Source: a virus. Taken from it: a stretch of 64,000 nt of DNA. The stretch is from the UHGV virus genome UHGV-1351772, one strand, 5' to 3'. Positions 27,389-39,200 of the stretch are shown here, one piece after another. The stretch's first letter is position 1. Each line of letters starts with the position of its first letter. The notes beneath the pieces were generated by a model. It was not told where the DNA came from and ran no database searches. It saw only the letters and a list, made by a program, of their open reading frames with translations. Position numbers and translations under genes: made by a program.

Positions 27389-30300
27389 TTATTTAAGTGT
27401 CGCGGGTAAATCAGGCACAGCCTCCCCATCGAGTATACGCCCGATGAGAATCCCGGCTTGTTCACCTACAGCATTCGCGGTACCGATACGTTGGATTGAA
27501 CCTACGATACGCGCATCGACGGAATCACGACCGAACAACACGTCCAGGTCATCACCATCCTCTGTTTTGTTGTCGCCGTACATGACTTCTTGTACGGTGG
27601 TTTTTAGCTGGTTAGCAATAACCATCTTATCCGCAGCGGCCATCTCAACGTCGTGTGTAATAAAGAATCGAACACAAAGTGAGTTAAAGGCCAAGGGTAC
27701 ACCTTCAACACGGTAGTCGCCGTTTACACTGCCTGAAACCGGATCACCGCGTCCGACTGCCAGTGCGGCCTTACGACGAATTCTGTCGTATTTACGCACC
27801 AGTTCAGCAAGACTTGGTGTCATGTCTTCGGTTTCACCGTGATACACCACTTCGATTTTATCCACGATACCACGTACCCCTGCACGAGGTGCGTACGAAC
27901 TTAAACTTTGCAACGTTGCGGCTGCTTCCTGACTAAAGGCACTCATATCGCCTGTCAAGTCGTCAGTAAACGTGCATAGGATTGTGTCGACGTCTACGTG
28001 GTCGCCCTCATTCACGATTTCCAAAAGCATTTGGTTGCTGTTAATCGTTACTTCTTTCAGCTTTGTTACCTGCCCCACCATTTTCTTCGCGAACCGTTCA
28101 GAAATTGCGTTGGAGTCTTCGATAACTTCTTCAGCTTCTAATAAAGCAACGGTAGCCAGCACCCCGTTTTTCCAGGAAACCTGAGTAGGATCGTAAATAT
28201 CAGGTTCAAAGTGTTGCTCGTTATACGTAATCACTGCTCCGGCCGGGAGCTTGTCACCGGCTTTCCAGCGTGTTACCAAGGTGTGCGGATAGAAGGTACC
28301 TTCGTGGGGGCCGAACCAGCGCCCTAGAGGAAAGGCTTCTTTACTTCCATCTTCGTACGTAATTTCAATGTGGTCTTTCGACAGACCAGTAATCTTACCT
28401 GCTTTATCAATAACGCGTGCATGTTTCACCGACGTACGGTGTGCGACGAATTTCTCCTGTTCAGTACGGTACGGGGTTGTGGTTGCCCCATTACAACTGG
28501 TGGCAGAACCTAACTGAATCCCAACGAAGTTTTGACGCTTTGCGTCGTCCATTAACGTATCGGGTACTAACCCGTCAATAAACGAAAGGGTATCGCTTGG
28601 TTTCGGGGTTTTCTCTTCACGTTTAAACGTAGTACCGTCAACGGTGTCAAAACGTGGGTTATTGGTGACGAAAGCAGTAATACCTACGTCGCCGTTATCT
28701 ACGGTGTTACCCGAGACTATCCCGATATCGCTGGGTTGGAACTCACGTGTGTGGTAGACCATCGTTTTACGATTACGACCACCTGTACCCCCCATCGTAA
28801 TAACGTCTTTTTCTTTAATTGACTGGATAGGGTTAGCACCTGGTGCCAAAAGTACCGACGGGTCGGAGTTAATTGCACCCCAAACCATGTCTTGCGTCAG
28901 TTCGAACTTACGGTTACTGCCCGGTGCGTTATTGTAGTTACGCATCGCTCTGACCATCGCGGTATAGATGTGGTAGGCAATCCTCTGATTTCCTAAGAAC
29001 ATCATTTCATCGCCGTTAATCTCTGGTAAAGAGTGGTCAGTTTGTAACAGTTCGTTAGAACGTTCCAGCAAGCCAATAAAGGTTTCCGGCTCACCCATTT
29101 TCCTGAGGATACGTGCGTGCATGTCGTCAACAAACGCGGACCGCATCTGTTTCAGCTCGTTGATGTACCGTGGTGTTAGGCCATCTGCATCACGTAATAA
29201 GTTCAGGTAAATGTCTTCACGGTCTGCTTCTGATTCGGTATAAGCAACCAGGTGTTTGAGATAACGATCCAAACCATGCAGAATCATCTTCTGTTGATCG
29301 TTATCGCAAGTAACTAAAAGTTTACAGTCTTGTAGTCGAATAATGCTGTCGTAGGCATTCTTATCAACACGTTGCCCTGCGGGAACCAACTCGTATTGGA
29401 TACCGAAATGTTTCAACATTCCCTGGAGTCCAAGATAGAACGAGAAGATAAAACCAAGCGACAAAGATTTACCCATCAAAGACAGCTCGGTCATTTCGCG
29501 AGGCACTTTCTGGTTATTAAAGCCCAGTACCTCTGCGATAGTTCCCACCGGTTCAACTTTGTTTCCGTTCACACCGTAAAGCATGGATTTGTCATCCATT
29601 GCCAGGATTGTTTCACTACGCGGACGTTTCGCCACCGGCAAAAGTTTGGCAGCATCGGCGTCTCTGAGTTGCTCGTCGTTAAAGAAGTTAACGGCTTCTT
29701 TGTAGTCGAAGTTCCACATATAGCCGTTCGCATTAAAGCTGGCAATACGACGCGCAATCTCCGTATACTGACGCGGCAGATGTTGCGTAGGATCGAACAC
29801 ATTTGCTAAACGTGCGTCGGTGACTTCGGTGTTTGTCGGGTCAACGGCGCGTGTGATGATCGCATTGGTTAACCAACGACCGTAGTCGTTTGCGACCTTA
29901 TCACTACGACGGACAAAGTTTTTACCGTAAGCGGTAGTCAGTGCGACAGTATCCGGTGCAACCTTACGGATCGGTAAGTCCACACGTTGCCGACGCATGG
30001 TGTATTCGACACCATTAGCGACCCAGGTACCGTCTTCGGTCAAGCCTGGGATGGAGAAGCGAACGGTTGTTGGTTCACCACCGACTGGCTGAACACGTAA
30101 AGTGTGGTGCTCGATAGTCCCTGTAACAGAAACCTCTTTTTCCACCGTGTGGTTGTGAACTGCCAGACCCAAACGTTGTGAGCTGGCGACCGCCGCCAGT
30201 ACGTCCTTCGTCATCATGGTCTGGTTGTACTGTTTCACCATCTGGTCGGTGACGTTCTCTGCCCACCCTTCATCAGTAACAAGTCGCTGAACTTTTTTCG

Positions 30301-31555
30301 GTTCGGCTTTAACGACAATATCTTTCTCGTGAACAGTCAGTGCTTCCCCGTAGGTTTCTTTCGGGTTATACGGGTTAGGTAACTGAACGAAACGTTTAGA
30401 CGATTCTGACAGGAACTGATATGCTTTAGAACTTAAGCGGCCCGCTTCAGCTAAGCGTTGTGCTTCCTGTTTAATAATCTCGTCATGCGGAATGACTTTC
30501 TCGACGACGATAGTCGTCGGTTTGACGTCTTCCTTCGGTTCTTCAATAACAACGTCTTCTTTTTCATCGAAGGTGTTATCGGATTCGACCACAGCGTCAT
30601 TAACAACGTCGTCATCATCGACAACATCAACGGTTTCTTCTTCGACGTCTTTAAGGAAAACACGCTCGTCGCCTTCAGGCGTTAGGAATTCCGCTTCGTA
30701 CGCGTTAGACGGTGCTTGTGTCATTACACGCACCAGCGTACGGTAGAACATCCTGGCCATTTGGTCGTCACTTAAACGACCGCCGGATGACTTACGCATT
30801 TTCTCTACAACACCCATGTTCATGGACGTAAAGCCCGTGTTGTGGGTGAAGATAAAGTTCATTCGTGACAGCTGAGTTAAATCCATTCCCGCGAATAAGG
30901 AATCGGATTGTTTTCCATAAGCCCAAGCAAACAACTCCAATAACCACAGCAAGTTGAAGTCCTGGAACTTCTCAATCTTACTCTTAACGCGATCGTTATA
31001 GGTTGTTTGAAACTTCTGGAACGAAGGTAGAGTCGAACCTAGTTCAATAACGAAATAGTTCTGACGCATGTATTCTTGCGTGTCGTATTTGAACTGGTTA
31101 ATCATCAACAGTTGGATGTTACGCAGTCTATCGTACCAGGCTAACTGGGTATCAGGATAGTAATAGTGCGATAGCATCGGTGTGTAGTTCTCGACCAGGA
31201 GAACTTTTAAGTCTTTGCGAACCAGATCGTCTGAGGTAAGACGACGCATCGGTCGGTTTGCACGGTGGTAAGCAAAGATAGCACGTTCTTGCCCCTGAAC
31301 AGGTTTGTTGCGCGGATGACCGCTAATACCGTCTTCCGGTAATTTAAAGTGGTGACGAACCTGTGCAGGTTTTTCTAACGGTTGAATAATCTCGAGTGTT
31401 GCAGGTGGCGCTAACACCACCTGGTCGAGATCAATGACATGGAGTACAGAACCACGTGGTATCTGTAGCTTCTCGAGCGGGATAATCCTCGGATTACCAA
31501 ACTCGTCAGTTTTACGCACCGAGAAGCGTTGGTTAAACTGTTTAATGAGCAGCAT
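27389..31555 (-). CDS. large protein (1388 aa), tentative partner subunit of a phage multisubunit RNA polymerase (beta- or beta-prime-C-like), contains an acidic low-complexity insert
   Basis: located 9 nt downstream of the beta-prime-N-like gene; weak GDK-containing stretch reminiscent of the beta subunit; otherwise unassigned. Confidence 0.55.
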   Translation of the reverse strand: MLLIKQFNQRFSVRKTDEFGNPRIIPLEKLQIPRGSVLHVIDLDQVVLAPPATLEIIQPLEKPAQVRHHFKLPEDGISGHPRNKPVQGQERAIFAYHRANRPMRRLTSDDLVRKDLKVLLVENYTPMLSHYYYPDTQLAWYDRLRNIQLLMINQFKYDTQEYMRQNYFVIELGSTLPSFQKFQTTYNDRVKSKIEKFQDFNLLWLLELFAWAYGKQSDSLFAGMDLTQLSRMNFIFTHNTGFTSMNMGVVEKMRKSSGGRLSDDQMARMFYRTLVRVMTQAPSNAYEAEFLTPEGDERVFLKDVEEETVDVVDDDDVVNDAVVESDNTFDEKEDVVIEEPKEDVKPTTIVVEKVIPHDEIIKQEAQRLAEAGRLSSKAYQFLSESSKRFVQLPNPYNPKETYGEALTVHEKDIVVKAEPKKVQRLVTDEGWAENVTDQMVKQYNQTMMTKDVLAAVASSQRLGLAVHNHTVEKEVSVTGTIEHHTLRVQPVGGEPTTVRFSIPGLTEDGTWVANGVEYTMRRQRVDLPIRKVAPDTVALTTAYGKNFVRRSDKVANDYGRWLTNAIITRAVDPTNTEVTDARLANVFDPTQHLPRQYTEIARRIASFNANGYMWNFDYKEAVNFFNDEQLRDADAAKLLPVAKRPRSETILAMDDKSMLYGVNGNKVEPVGTIAEVLGFNNQKVPREMTELSLMGKSLSLGFIFSFYLGLQGMLKHFGIQYELVPAGQRVDKNAYDSIIRLQDCKLLVTCDNDQQKMILHGLDRYLKHLVAYTESEADREDIYLNLLRDADGLTPRYINELKQMRSAFVDDMHARILRKMGEPETFIGLLERSNELLQTDHSLPEINGDEMMFLGNQRIAYHIYTAMVRAMRNYNNAPGSNRKFELTQDMVWGAINSDPSVLLAPGANPIQSIKEKDVITMGGTGGRNRKTMVYHTREFQPSDIGIVSGNTVDNGDVGITAFVTNNPRFDTVDGTTFKREEKTPKPSDTLSFIDGLVPDTLMDDAKRQNFVGIQLGSATSCNGATTTPYRTEQEKFVAHRTSVKHARVIDKAGKITGLSKDHIEITYEDGSKEAFPLGRWFGPHEGTFYPHTLVTRWKAGDKLPAGAVITYNEQHFEPDIYDPTQVSWKNGVLATVALLEAEEVIEDSNAISERFAKKMVGQVTKLKEVTINSNQMLLEIVNEGDHVDVDTILCTFTDDLTGDMSAFSQEAAATLQSLSSYAPRAGVRGIVDKIEVVYHGETEDMTPSLAELVRKYDRIRRKAALAVGRGDPVSGSVNGDYRVEGVPLAFNSLCVRFFITHDVEMAAADKMVIANQLKTTVQEVMYGDNKTEDGDDLDVLFGRDSVDARIVGSIQRIGTANAVGEQAGILIGRILDGEAVPDLPATLK

Positions 31556-31564
31556 TGCTTAGCC

Positions 31565-33184
31565 TTATGGGTTCTTTAATAACGCTTGCGTTGCACGTTT
31601 AATCACGTTGTTGATAGGATTGATTTTAAAGTTCCCATCAGAATCGAACCAGTAGTTTTTCGAGTGTATCCAGTTCCGGTTTTCCTCGAGCGCTTCCTGG
31701 GACATAGGCGCGTTAAACGACCCGGTATCGCCATCGTAGTCACCCCCTAAGCCACCTAGACGTGAAGGGTGTGGTGCCATCGACTCAACGAAGGTAGGAA
31801 CCGACCGGTCAGGGTAGCTGATAGCCCCTCGGGGTTTTTCAGTTTCCCAGTCATCTTCCAGTTCTTTTAAATATAAAGATGACGTGGTGGTCTCCAATCT
31901 TATGGTCGATGAATACGTCGAGCCTCGGCCTGTAACGGGATAACGTGTAACGAAACCGAAATAATCGTTCCAAAGTTCGTAGCCCGACAAATAAAGCAAT
32001 TCGACGAGTGTCATACCGTGGACGAATTTTCGGTCAAACGTTTTAGGAAGTTCTTCAATATCGTAGAACACCTTAAAATGTTTGGTGTCTTGGTAAACCA
32101 ACGCAACGTAGTGGGTGTCGTCCAACATAATCGGCTGATGGCGAAGCCCGCGAGCTTCCATTCGGTTGATTAAGGATTCAATCCCATCGTCGGTGGTGAA
32201 GGTGTCGTATACACGACCACCTACTTCCAAGAATTCACGTTTAAGGGTTTTGGTGTTTACGCCGTAAAGGTTGCCATCACCGGCACGGATGTTACCGAGG
32301 TAACGTTCACGTATCTGGTATTGGGCGACAGGGAGTAATGCTTTTAAACCCTGGTATAAACCAATTTTGGTGTCGGTAGGACGAATAGCGTCTTCACGAC
32401 CCATGCACTTAGACCCCGTCGAGAACGAGGACAGTACGTTACGTGTCCCGTTCATTAATTTACGAGACGTCACTTTACGACGTTGGAAACCCCCTTTACC
32501 GTCTTGGATGTTAAAGAAATACATCCAGATATCGTTGAAGGTTTGTTGCAGCTTCCAGCGTACGGGGTTAGTTAATTCAACACGGGTTGCCCGGTCAGGG
32601 ATCGCCCTGGCGAGAGATACCAACCGACGATACATCCCGCCGATTTCTTCTTCCTGTTCTCTACCATCTTGTCGAATTACTAAATCGCGTAAACCCGCGG
32701 GTAACACGAGAACGTATCGACTAAGACTAACGGGACGGAATTTCAAAAAGAAATCCACGGTTTCGTCACGTTGTAGGGACTCGTTACGCTTAGGTTTTAA
32801 ATCGTTATAGTGATTGAGGAAGAAGTTAAAACCGGTATCTGCGCCTGGGTCTCCCGGCAAGGCCGGTTCGAAATCTTTTTCTTTTTCGCTCCACGTTGCG
32901 TAGCGTTTTCCAGAACAAATTTCTTCGTAGAGTTGTTTGAGTTGGAATAACGCCAAACACACTGTCGGCGAAATGATATCGAGTTTAATATCGATATAAG
33001 AGAAAGTAGAGTCTCGCGCTTCACTCCCCGTGAGTCCAAATATCTCTGTAGAGTAAAGACCTTCGGGGTGAAAGTTTTTTGTTAACCCCTGGAAAGTATC
33101 CGTGGTCGTGACGGGTCGTAATCGCGACACAAGAGACTTGTTTACATTGAGCAGATAAAAGTCAACCCAATTAAGTTTATTCAC
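31565..33184 (-). CDS. multisubunit RNA polymerase beta-prime N-terminal fragment-like protein
   Basis: EGLYSTEIFG and IDIKLDIISPT resemble the beta-prime N-terminus (DGLFCARIFG / HIELASPTAHIWF); MYRRLV resembles DLYRRVI; C-terminal GGDYDGD matches the catalytic NADFDGD aspartate triad; GTG start with AGGAG RBS. Confidence 0.65.
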   Translation of the reverse strand: MNKLNWVDFYLLNVNKSLVSRLRPVTTTDTFQGLTKNFHPEGLYSTEIFGLTGSEARDSTFSYIDIKLDIISPTVCLALFQLKQLYEEICSGKRYATWSEKEKDFEPALPGDPGADTGFNFFLNHYNDLKPKRNESLQRDETVDFFLKFRPVSLSRYVLVLPAGLRDLVIRQDGREQEEEIGGMYRRLVSLARAIPDRATRVELTNPVRWKLQQTFNDIWMYFFNIQDGKGGFQRRKVTSRKLMNGTRNVLSSFSTGSKCMGREDAIRPTDTKIGLYQGLKALLPVAQYQIRERYLGNIRAGDGNLYGVNTKTLKREFLEVGGRVYDTFTTDDGIESLINRMEARGLRHQPIMLDDTHYVALVYQDTKHFKVFYDIEELPKTFDRKFVHGMTLVELLYLSGYELWNDYFGFVTRYPVTGRGSTYSSTIRLETTTSSLYLKELEDDWETEKPRGAISYPDRSVPTFVESMAPHPSRLGGLGGDYDGDTGSFNAPMSQEALEENRNWIHSKNYWFDSDGNFKINPINNVIKRATQALLKNP

Positions 33185-33260
33185 GCTAAATCTCCTGATA
33201 CGGATTAAACGTTATGGCTAAAAAGGTAAAGATGATTTCGATGAAATCGATCTTGATAAC

Positions 33261-36200
33261 ATGGACGACTGGGACGATTTTGATGAGCCCCCTCGTCAAC
33301 AAGACCAATCGCGTAACCCGGTCATGGACACATTTCGTGCTGCCCGTAAGTCGGCGTTGTCGACTATCTGGCCCGAAAACAAACGTGATCAGGTTATTTT
33401 AAAAGGGATGCCTAAACCTGCGGCAGAAGCCTACGAAGGCTATCAAAACGTTAAAGCTGCAGGTCAAGACATTCTGGCCCATACGAAAGACGAGATTGAA
33501 AAGACGTCTCGCGTCGTCAAGATGCAAGCGAGACAGTTAGGTCCAACACTGAAACGGTATTTACCGGAATCCGTAACACGGAAAATCGACAAGTGGGCAC
33601 GTAACGATCAAATCGACTATGGGAATTACGATCCTAAACAAGCGATGATGGATCGTGAGCTGGACAGCGTGTTCTCAGGCGCACCGCAAACAGCGGACCA
33701 GCAACGTGAGGCGCAAGAGGGGATGGTTGAAGACCGCTTGCGCGACACGATTAAGGACATGAAGTCCGACGCACTGTTCCAGACCGTAATCGGTATTGCA
33801 AAAGACGTCAACTTAACGACTAGCCTAAGTCGTGGCGTGTTGTTGAATGTTCAGCGTAAGCAGTTAGAGCTGCAATATCGGACGCTGTTTGCTTTGCAGG
33901 ATATTGCGAAACTCAAACAAGACGAGTTTGCACGCAACACCCCGGCATTAGAAGCCATCGTTAAGAACACGGCACTACCCGACTACGCGAAGGAAGAGTT
34001 TTCTGAAATTCGTTGGGCTAATGTAAAACGTAAAGCTGCGGAGTGGATGAACCCCTTACACTACGCAGATAATTTCATTGGCCAGATTCGCGAAAACGCG
34101 AAGAAGAAAATCTCGAACATCTTTAGTGATGGTCGTGGGATTCTAGAACAAGTTCTAGGGATGGCTCAGGAAGATGACTTTGACATGTCGGACAGCTCAT
34201 CGTTGTCTCCTGACCGTCGTAACACAAACTCGCGTAATAAAGCGGCAGGTTTTGCAGGTGGTTGGTTAGCAAAACGTCTCTTACAACCCCAGATCGAACG
34301 ACTTCAGAACTGGACGCGTGGCGAGCTAGAGAAAAACCCAGAAGTCATGAAACGCCTACAGTTGGCGAAGTATGGCTTTGGAAATTTGTCGTCTATTTCT
34401 AACTCGGCAATAGCGGGAGAAACAAGCGGTCCGTTAGCTGATCTGTTTCGACTAATGCACGATTTGGGACTAGTTAACCCGCTACGTCGCGAAACCTTAG
34501 CATTAGACGATCGTTCTGCGGAATCTCTTTCTGCGGCGGCGAAGTTCGATCGTAAAGCTTACCTTAGTATCACAGAAGTTATTCCGACGTTACTGTCCGA
34601 GATTAACAAATCTATTCGTCGTGGGTATGGCGAACACCACGATCAGGTTTATGACCTGACCACGCGCGGTATGGTGGATCGCAAAGTTATTGGTAATCGT
34701 GTACGTAAGGCCGTTGCTAATGACGATCAGCGCAAACGTTTACAGACGTACATCAACGACACTGTCGACTTTATCGATAAAGATAAAACGCTCGATAGGA
34801 AAACACGTCAAGCGTTAGCGGACTACATCGAGTCTCGTGCCTCGGAAGGGAAAGCGTTCGATGTAGGGTCTTTATTGAAAGACCCGATGCACATGTATCG
34901 ATACATGAACGCAAACGCTGTGGAAGCGATTCAGGGTGTTTTAGAAGCCCGTTCTGCGGAACTGGTTGGCGGACACCATGAACTGAGTAATGCGATTTCA
35001 AACAAAATCGCCGCTATCCAGTCAACGATTCGTGCACGTCAAGACACGGTTGATGCTGCGTCTGTGATTTACGGCGAGAACGCACTTCGTGATTCCGGTA
35101 TTTTTAAATACGATGCGAAGAAAGACATTTTCGAGGTCGATAAGGACATTAACGATCCCTATACGTTATTTAATGACCTGTCGATGGGTAAGACCCGCTC
35201 TGGACGTTCGTTAACCCGTGAGCAAGAGATTCAGCGTAAATTGCAAAACGGTTCTGCGCTGGGTGATTACTTGCGACGGATGGGTGCAGGCGCAGAGCCG
35301 AGCTTTGAAGACAAAGAACTGTCCAATGTACGTGGCGGTGGAAAAGGAGGTCGTGGTCGCGGTTTAAGCGCACGCCAACTCGCTGCGGTACTTTATGGAG
35401 AGAAATCCACTAACTTTGTTGAACTGTTAAGCAGTCGTCCAGACACGAACGCCGGGTTGGAACAGCAATTCGACCGTTTGATTGATGCTGTACGTAAACA
35501 GCCCGAATCTAGCACAGTGCAAGATATCCTCAAACACGTTAAGAACATGGATGAGGAAGGTATTCTCCTAGCCAGTTTAGGCGGTAGTCGTGATGACGGT
35601 GACGAATCTGAAAGTTCGAGTGACTCGGGTCGTAAACGTCGTCGTAAACGCAAACGTATTGTGCTAGGCGAGACAGGCTTGTTACGCCGTTGGGCTGGGG
35701 TGCTTTGGGATACCGGTTCAGGTGTAGGGCGGTTTGGTAAGAATCTGTTCCTACGTGGGAAAGATCGTCTGCAGGCTTTAGGTGGTTTTATCCGTGGGAA
35801 ATTCTCAGGCGGCTCCTCCGAAGGACCCGGTGTATTTAGCCGACTGAAAGGGTTAGTAACAGGTACTCTATCGACAGGTTGGAATTCTGCTGTAGCTTTC
35901 GGTAAAGGCGTTTTAGGTGTTCGTGATATTTACGATGAACGTGGCAACGTCGTATTACAAGGAAGTCGTTTAGAAGCTGGGGAATATTACCAGGCTGACC
36001 CGAAAACTGAGAAGCTGATTCAACTTAAAACCCTCGACGATATTAAACTGGGACGTGATATTGTCGATGAAGCGGGTAATTTAATCTTAGCTGCTGCTGA
36101 TTTGGCTGCCGCAGGTAAACTGCGTTTCTACAAAGGTGGTAAAGTTCAAGCGCTTTTCCAGTACATTTCTGGGAAAGCAGGAACGGCGGTAAACAAAGCT

Positions 36201-39200
36201 GTGACTTTACCGAAGAAACTTTTAGGCTTCATTTCACCTAAAGCGGCTTCGTTGTTCGAGAAAGCACGTGAGTGGCTAAATGAGGTTCCAGAGGGCGCAG
36301 AGAAAACCCGTTTACAAAGCATGATTTCCCGTGTAACGGGAATGCCAGCGCGTTTGTGGAACAATGCAAAACGCGGGTTTGAGAAGCTCAAAGAGTTGGC
36401 TTCTGATAACCCTCTGACACGTTGGTGGCAGAACCGTAAGGAAGGGGGTTCTGGTGGTGGGTTTAGTGTGTTCTCATGGTCGAACGGCCGTAAAACTAAC
36501 CACATCTTAATCCGTATCTACAAACTCCTTAACCGGAGATTGCCAGGTGAACCAGAAGATGATACCTGGACAGAACAGATGGAGCGGAATACGGGAGCCA
36601 GTTCAGTTAAAGGATTATTCCAACGTGCTAAAGACATACGCGATGGGTTCCGTGAACATTTTCAGGGGTTCCGGGATTGGCGCGGTCGGATGCGTGACAG
36701 AATGTCCCGTTATCGCGGTGCGGTAGGCGATCGTCTTTCTCGTTGGGGCGGTACCGCACGTGGTTGGTTTGATCGTTTCCGTGGCCGTGCAAGCGATATG
36801 GTCGATACTTTCCGCGATCCGCGTTACGATATCGGCACACGTTATCGAATGGAGAGTCGTTTAGCAGGACGCGATGACGATGTTGCTGAGTTTTATCGTC
36901 AACACATCTACGCAAGAGGTAAGGTGTCTAAAACACGTATCATCGATGCGGCAAAAGAAGACTTAGACACCGTAACGGATAGCGCTGGACGTGTGATTAA
37001 TAAAGGGAAACAGAAAGCCCGTAGCGTTGGGTCAGCTTTACTGGAACGCCTGAACCGAATGGTTAATCTTCAGGAAATGTCATGGTTTAACACCATGCGT
37101 GATTCTGCGGAAAAAGCAGGTGCTTCGGATGGTTTGTTAAGAACTATGTTCAGTAAGTTCGGCCAACGCAATAAACCGCCTGCCAGTGATGAAAAACGTG
37201 ATTACTTCCAGTTCTTCCGACGCCGTCGTCGTTCTAAGGAAGAGGAAAAGGCTAAGAAAGAAGCCGAGAAGAAAGGTGGTAAGCGCGGGGTGATGGATTT
37301 CCTTAAAGGACTGCCGTTGGTAGGACCGATTGTGAGTATTTTAGGCACAGTAGGTTCAATCTTAGGTAAAGTCGCGAAATGGGGAATCTTTAAGCCGGTT
37401 GGGTTTGCAGGCAAAGCGTTGTGGAACGTTGGTAAGTTTGCTGTGACTCGTTTGGCTGTCCCTGCGGTGAGTGCTGTCGCGACGGCAGCATCTGCAGTGG
37501 TAACTGCGGTTGGCTGGCCGATTATCGGTTTGGTCGCTGCAGGCGCTGCGCTATCTTGGTTTGCATATAAAACTGCAACCCGTGTGAATGCTCAGTATTT
37601 GGATAACATGCGATTGGCACAGTACGGATTTAGAGATCACGATGAGTGGTCTTCCGACGATGGCGCAAAAGCACGTTATTTAGAAGACAACTTGAAACCG
37701 TACATCTCTTATACAGAGAATGGCCAAGCACAGTTGCGTGGTTTGTCCGGTGACGACGTGAAGAAACTGGCCGAAGGGTTTGGTACTAACGTAGAAGACA
37801 AAGGCGAAATGCTGGCGTTTAGTGCGTTTATGCTACAACGTTTTGTGCCGATCTATTTACGTTGGATTACGGCACTGAAATCCATGGATAATGATATCGC
37901 GTTAGCAGATGTCGGTAATCCTGCGAAAGTGTCGAAGGCAGACATGTTGAATATCTTCAACAAAATGAAGATGTCGAAAGATGCGCCTGCATTCCGTGCA
38001 TTAGAAGATCCCCGCAAGGTTAACCAAGGTTGGTTCTCTAAAGCGTGGGATTTCGTAACGTTTACCCCGGCCGAGTTTTTGTCAGGCGAAGAAGTCGTTG
38101 AAGCGCAAGAACGCGTGCTTCGTTCGATTAACATGCGTCGTGATGAAAAACGTAAGGATGTAAATGCTACAGGCGGTGTGGCCGAAGGACACAAAGTTGC
38201 TTCTGTGGCAGAATCGACCCAAGCGTTGGCTCAAGCGGATGCGGAACGCAACAAAGAAGTTGCGAAAGTCGAAGGTTGGGAAGACGGCACCGAACAAGTT
38301 CAGGTTCAAGTCGACTGGAGAAGCTTACCTAAAGAAACCGATCTCCGTGATTTGGAGTCCGTAAGGTTGAAAGCTTATGGTGCGGTGAGTATTACTCAAA
38401 CAACCCGTAACCTCTATACGCTCTTGGAACGTCAAGTGTTGCAAGACACCGATGTGAAAAGCTGTACGTATAAAGGCGACTGGAAACGTGCGATTGCGGT
38501 GATTGCGCCTGACGCCATTGGTGGGCCAAAAGAAGATCGGTACAAGAACTGGTTCTATAACCGCTTCTTACCTGTCTTCATGACGTACGTGGTTGGGGTG
38601 AAACGTTATGTCCCTGCTGCCGATCCGATGGACCTACGCGTTACGGGTGGGTTCTTGTATGAAATCGCACTGATGATGCGTGGTGCATACAACCTGAAAG
38701 GGGGTATTCGTCAGTCAGTGTGGGAGGTACCGTTTAACCCGTTAGGGGGAGACGCTAACACCGACGCCGGTTCAGTTGCAACGGAGTTAGAGAACCTGAA
38801 AGAACTGTCTAAGGAAGCTGATTTGGCAGTACGTAAAACGCTGCGTGCTACGCCTTCTGCGGGTTTCCGTGTGAACTGGCAGCGAAAAGATCGCGCGACT
38901 CAGATGTTCTTGACCGACGATGAGAAGGAGCAACCGTCTCGACCACAGATGAACACCTCCTCCTCTTATCGTGACCTATTGCAACCAGCGGCAAACGACG
39001 GTGGGAATTACGGCACACCAAACGATTTGGCCGGTGCTTACGGTCAGATGGGAGCTAAGAATTACGCTGCATTTACTACCGGTAACTTCGGCGTGAAACT
39101 TGGCGATATGCAAGACGGTGACTATAAAACGTTAGCGGCTAAGTATCCAATTTCAACGTTGGGTGACGGATTGAAGCCTAACTTGAATGCGGTTGCAGCA

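Noticed and set aside
29372-29809. 145-aa plus-strand ORF, and others inside 27389..31555
   Set aside because: Embedded antisense in the 1388-aa gene; includes frames through the acidic repeat region
27389-31555. 1388-aa protein as a DNA polymerase
   Set aside because: No family A (DYSQIELR) or family B (YGDTDS) polymerase motifs; gene context points to the RNAP-like neighbour instead
32367-32810. 147-aa plus-strand ORF
   Set aside because: Antisense to the RNAP beta-prime-like gene
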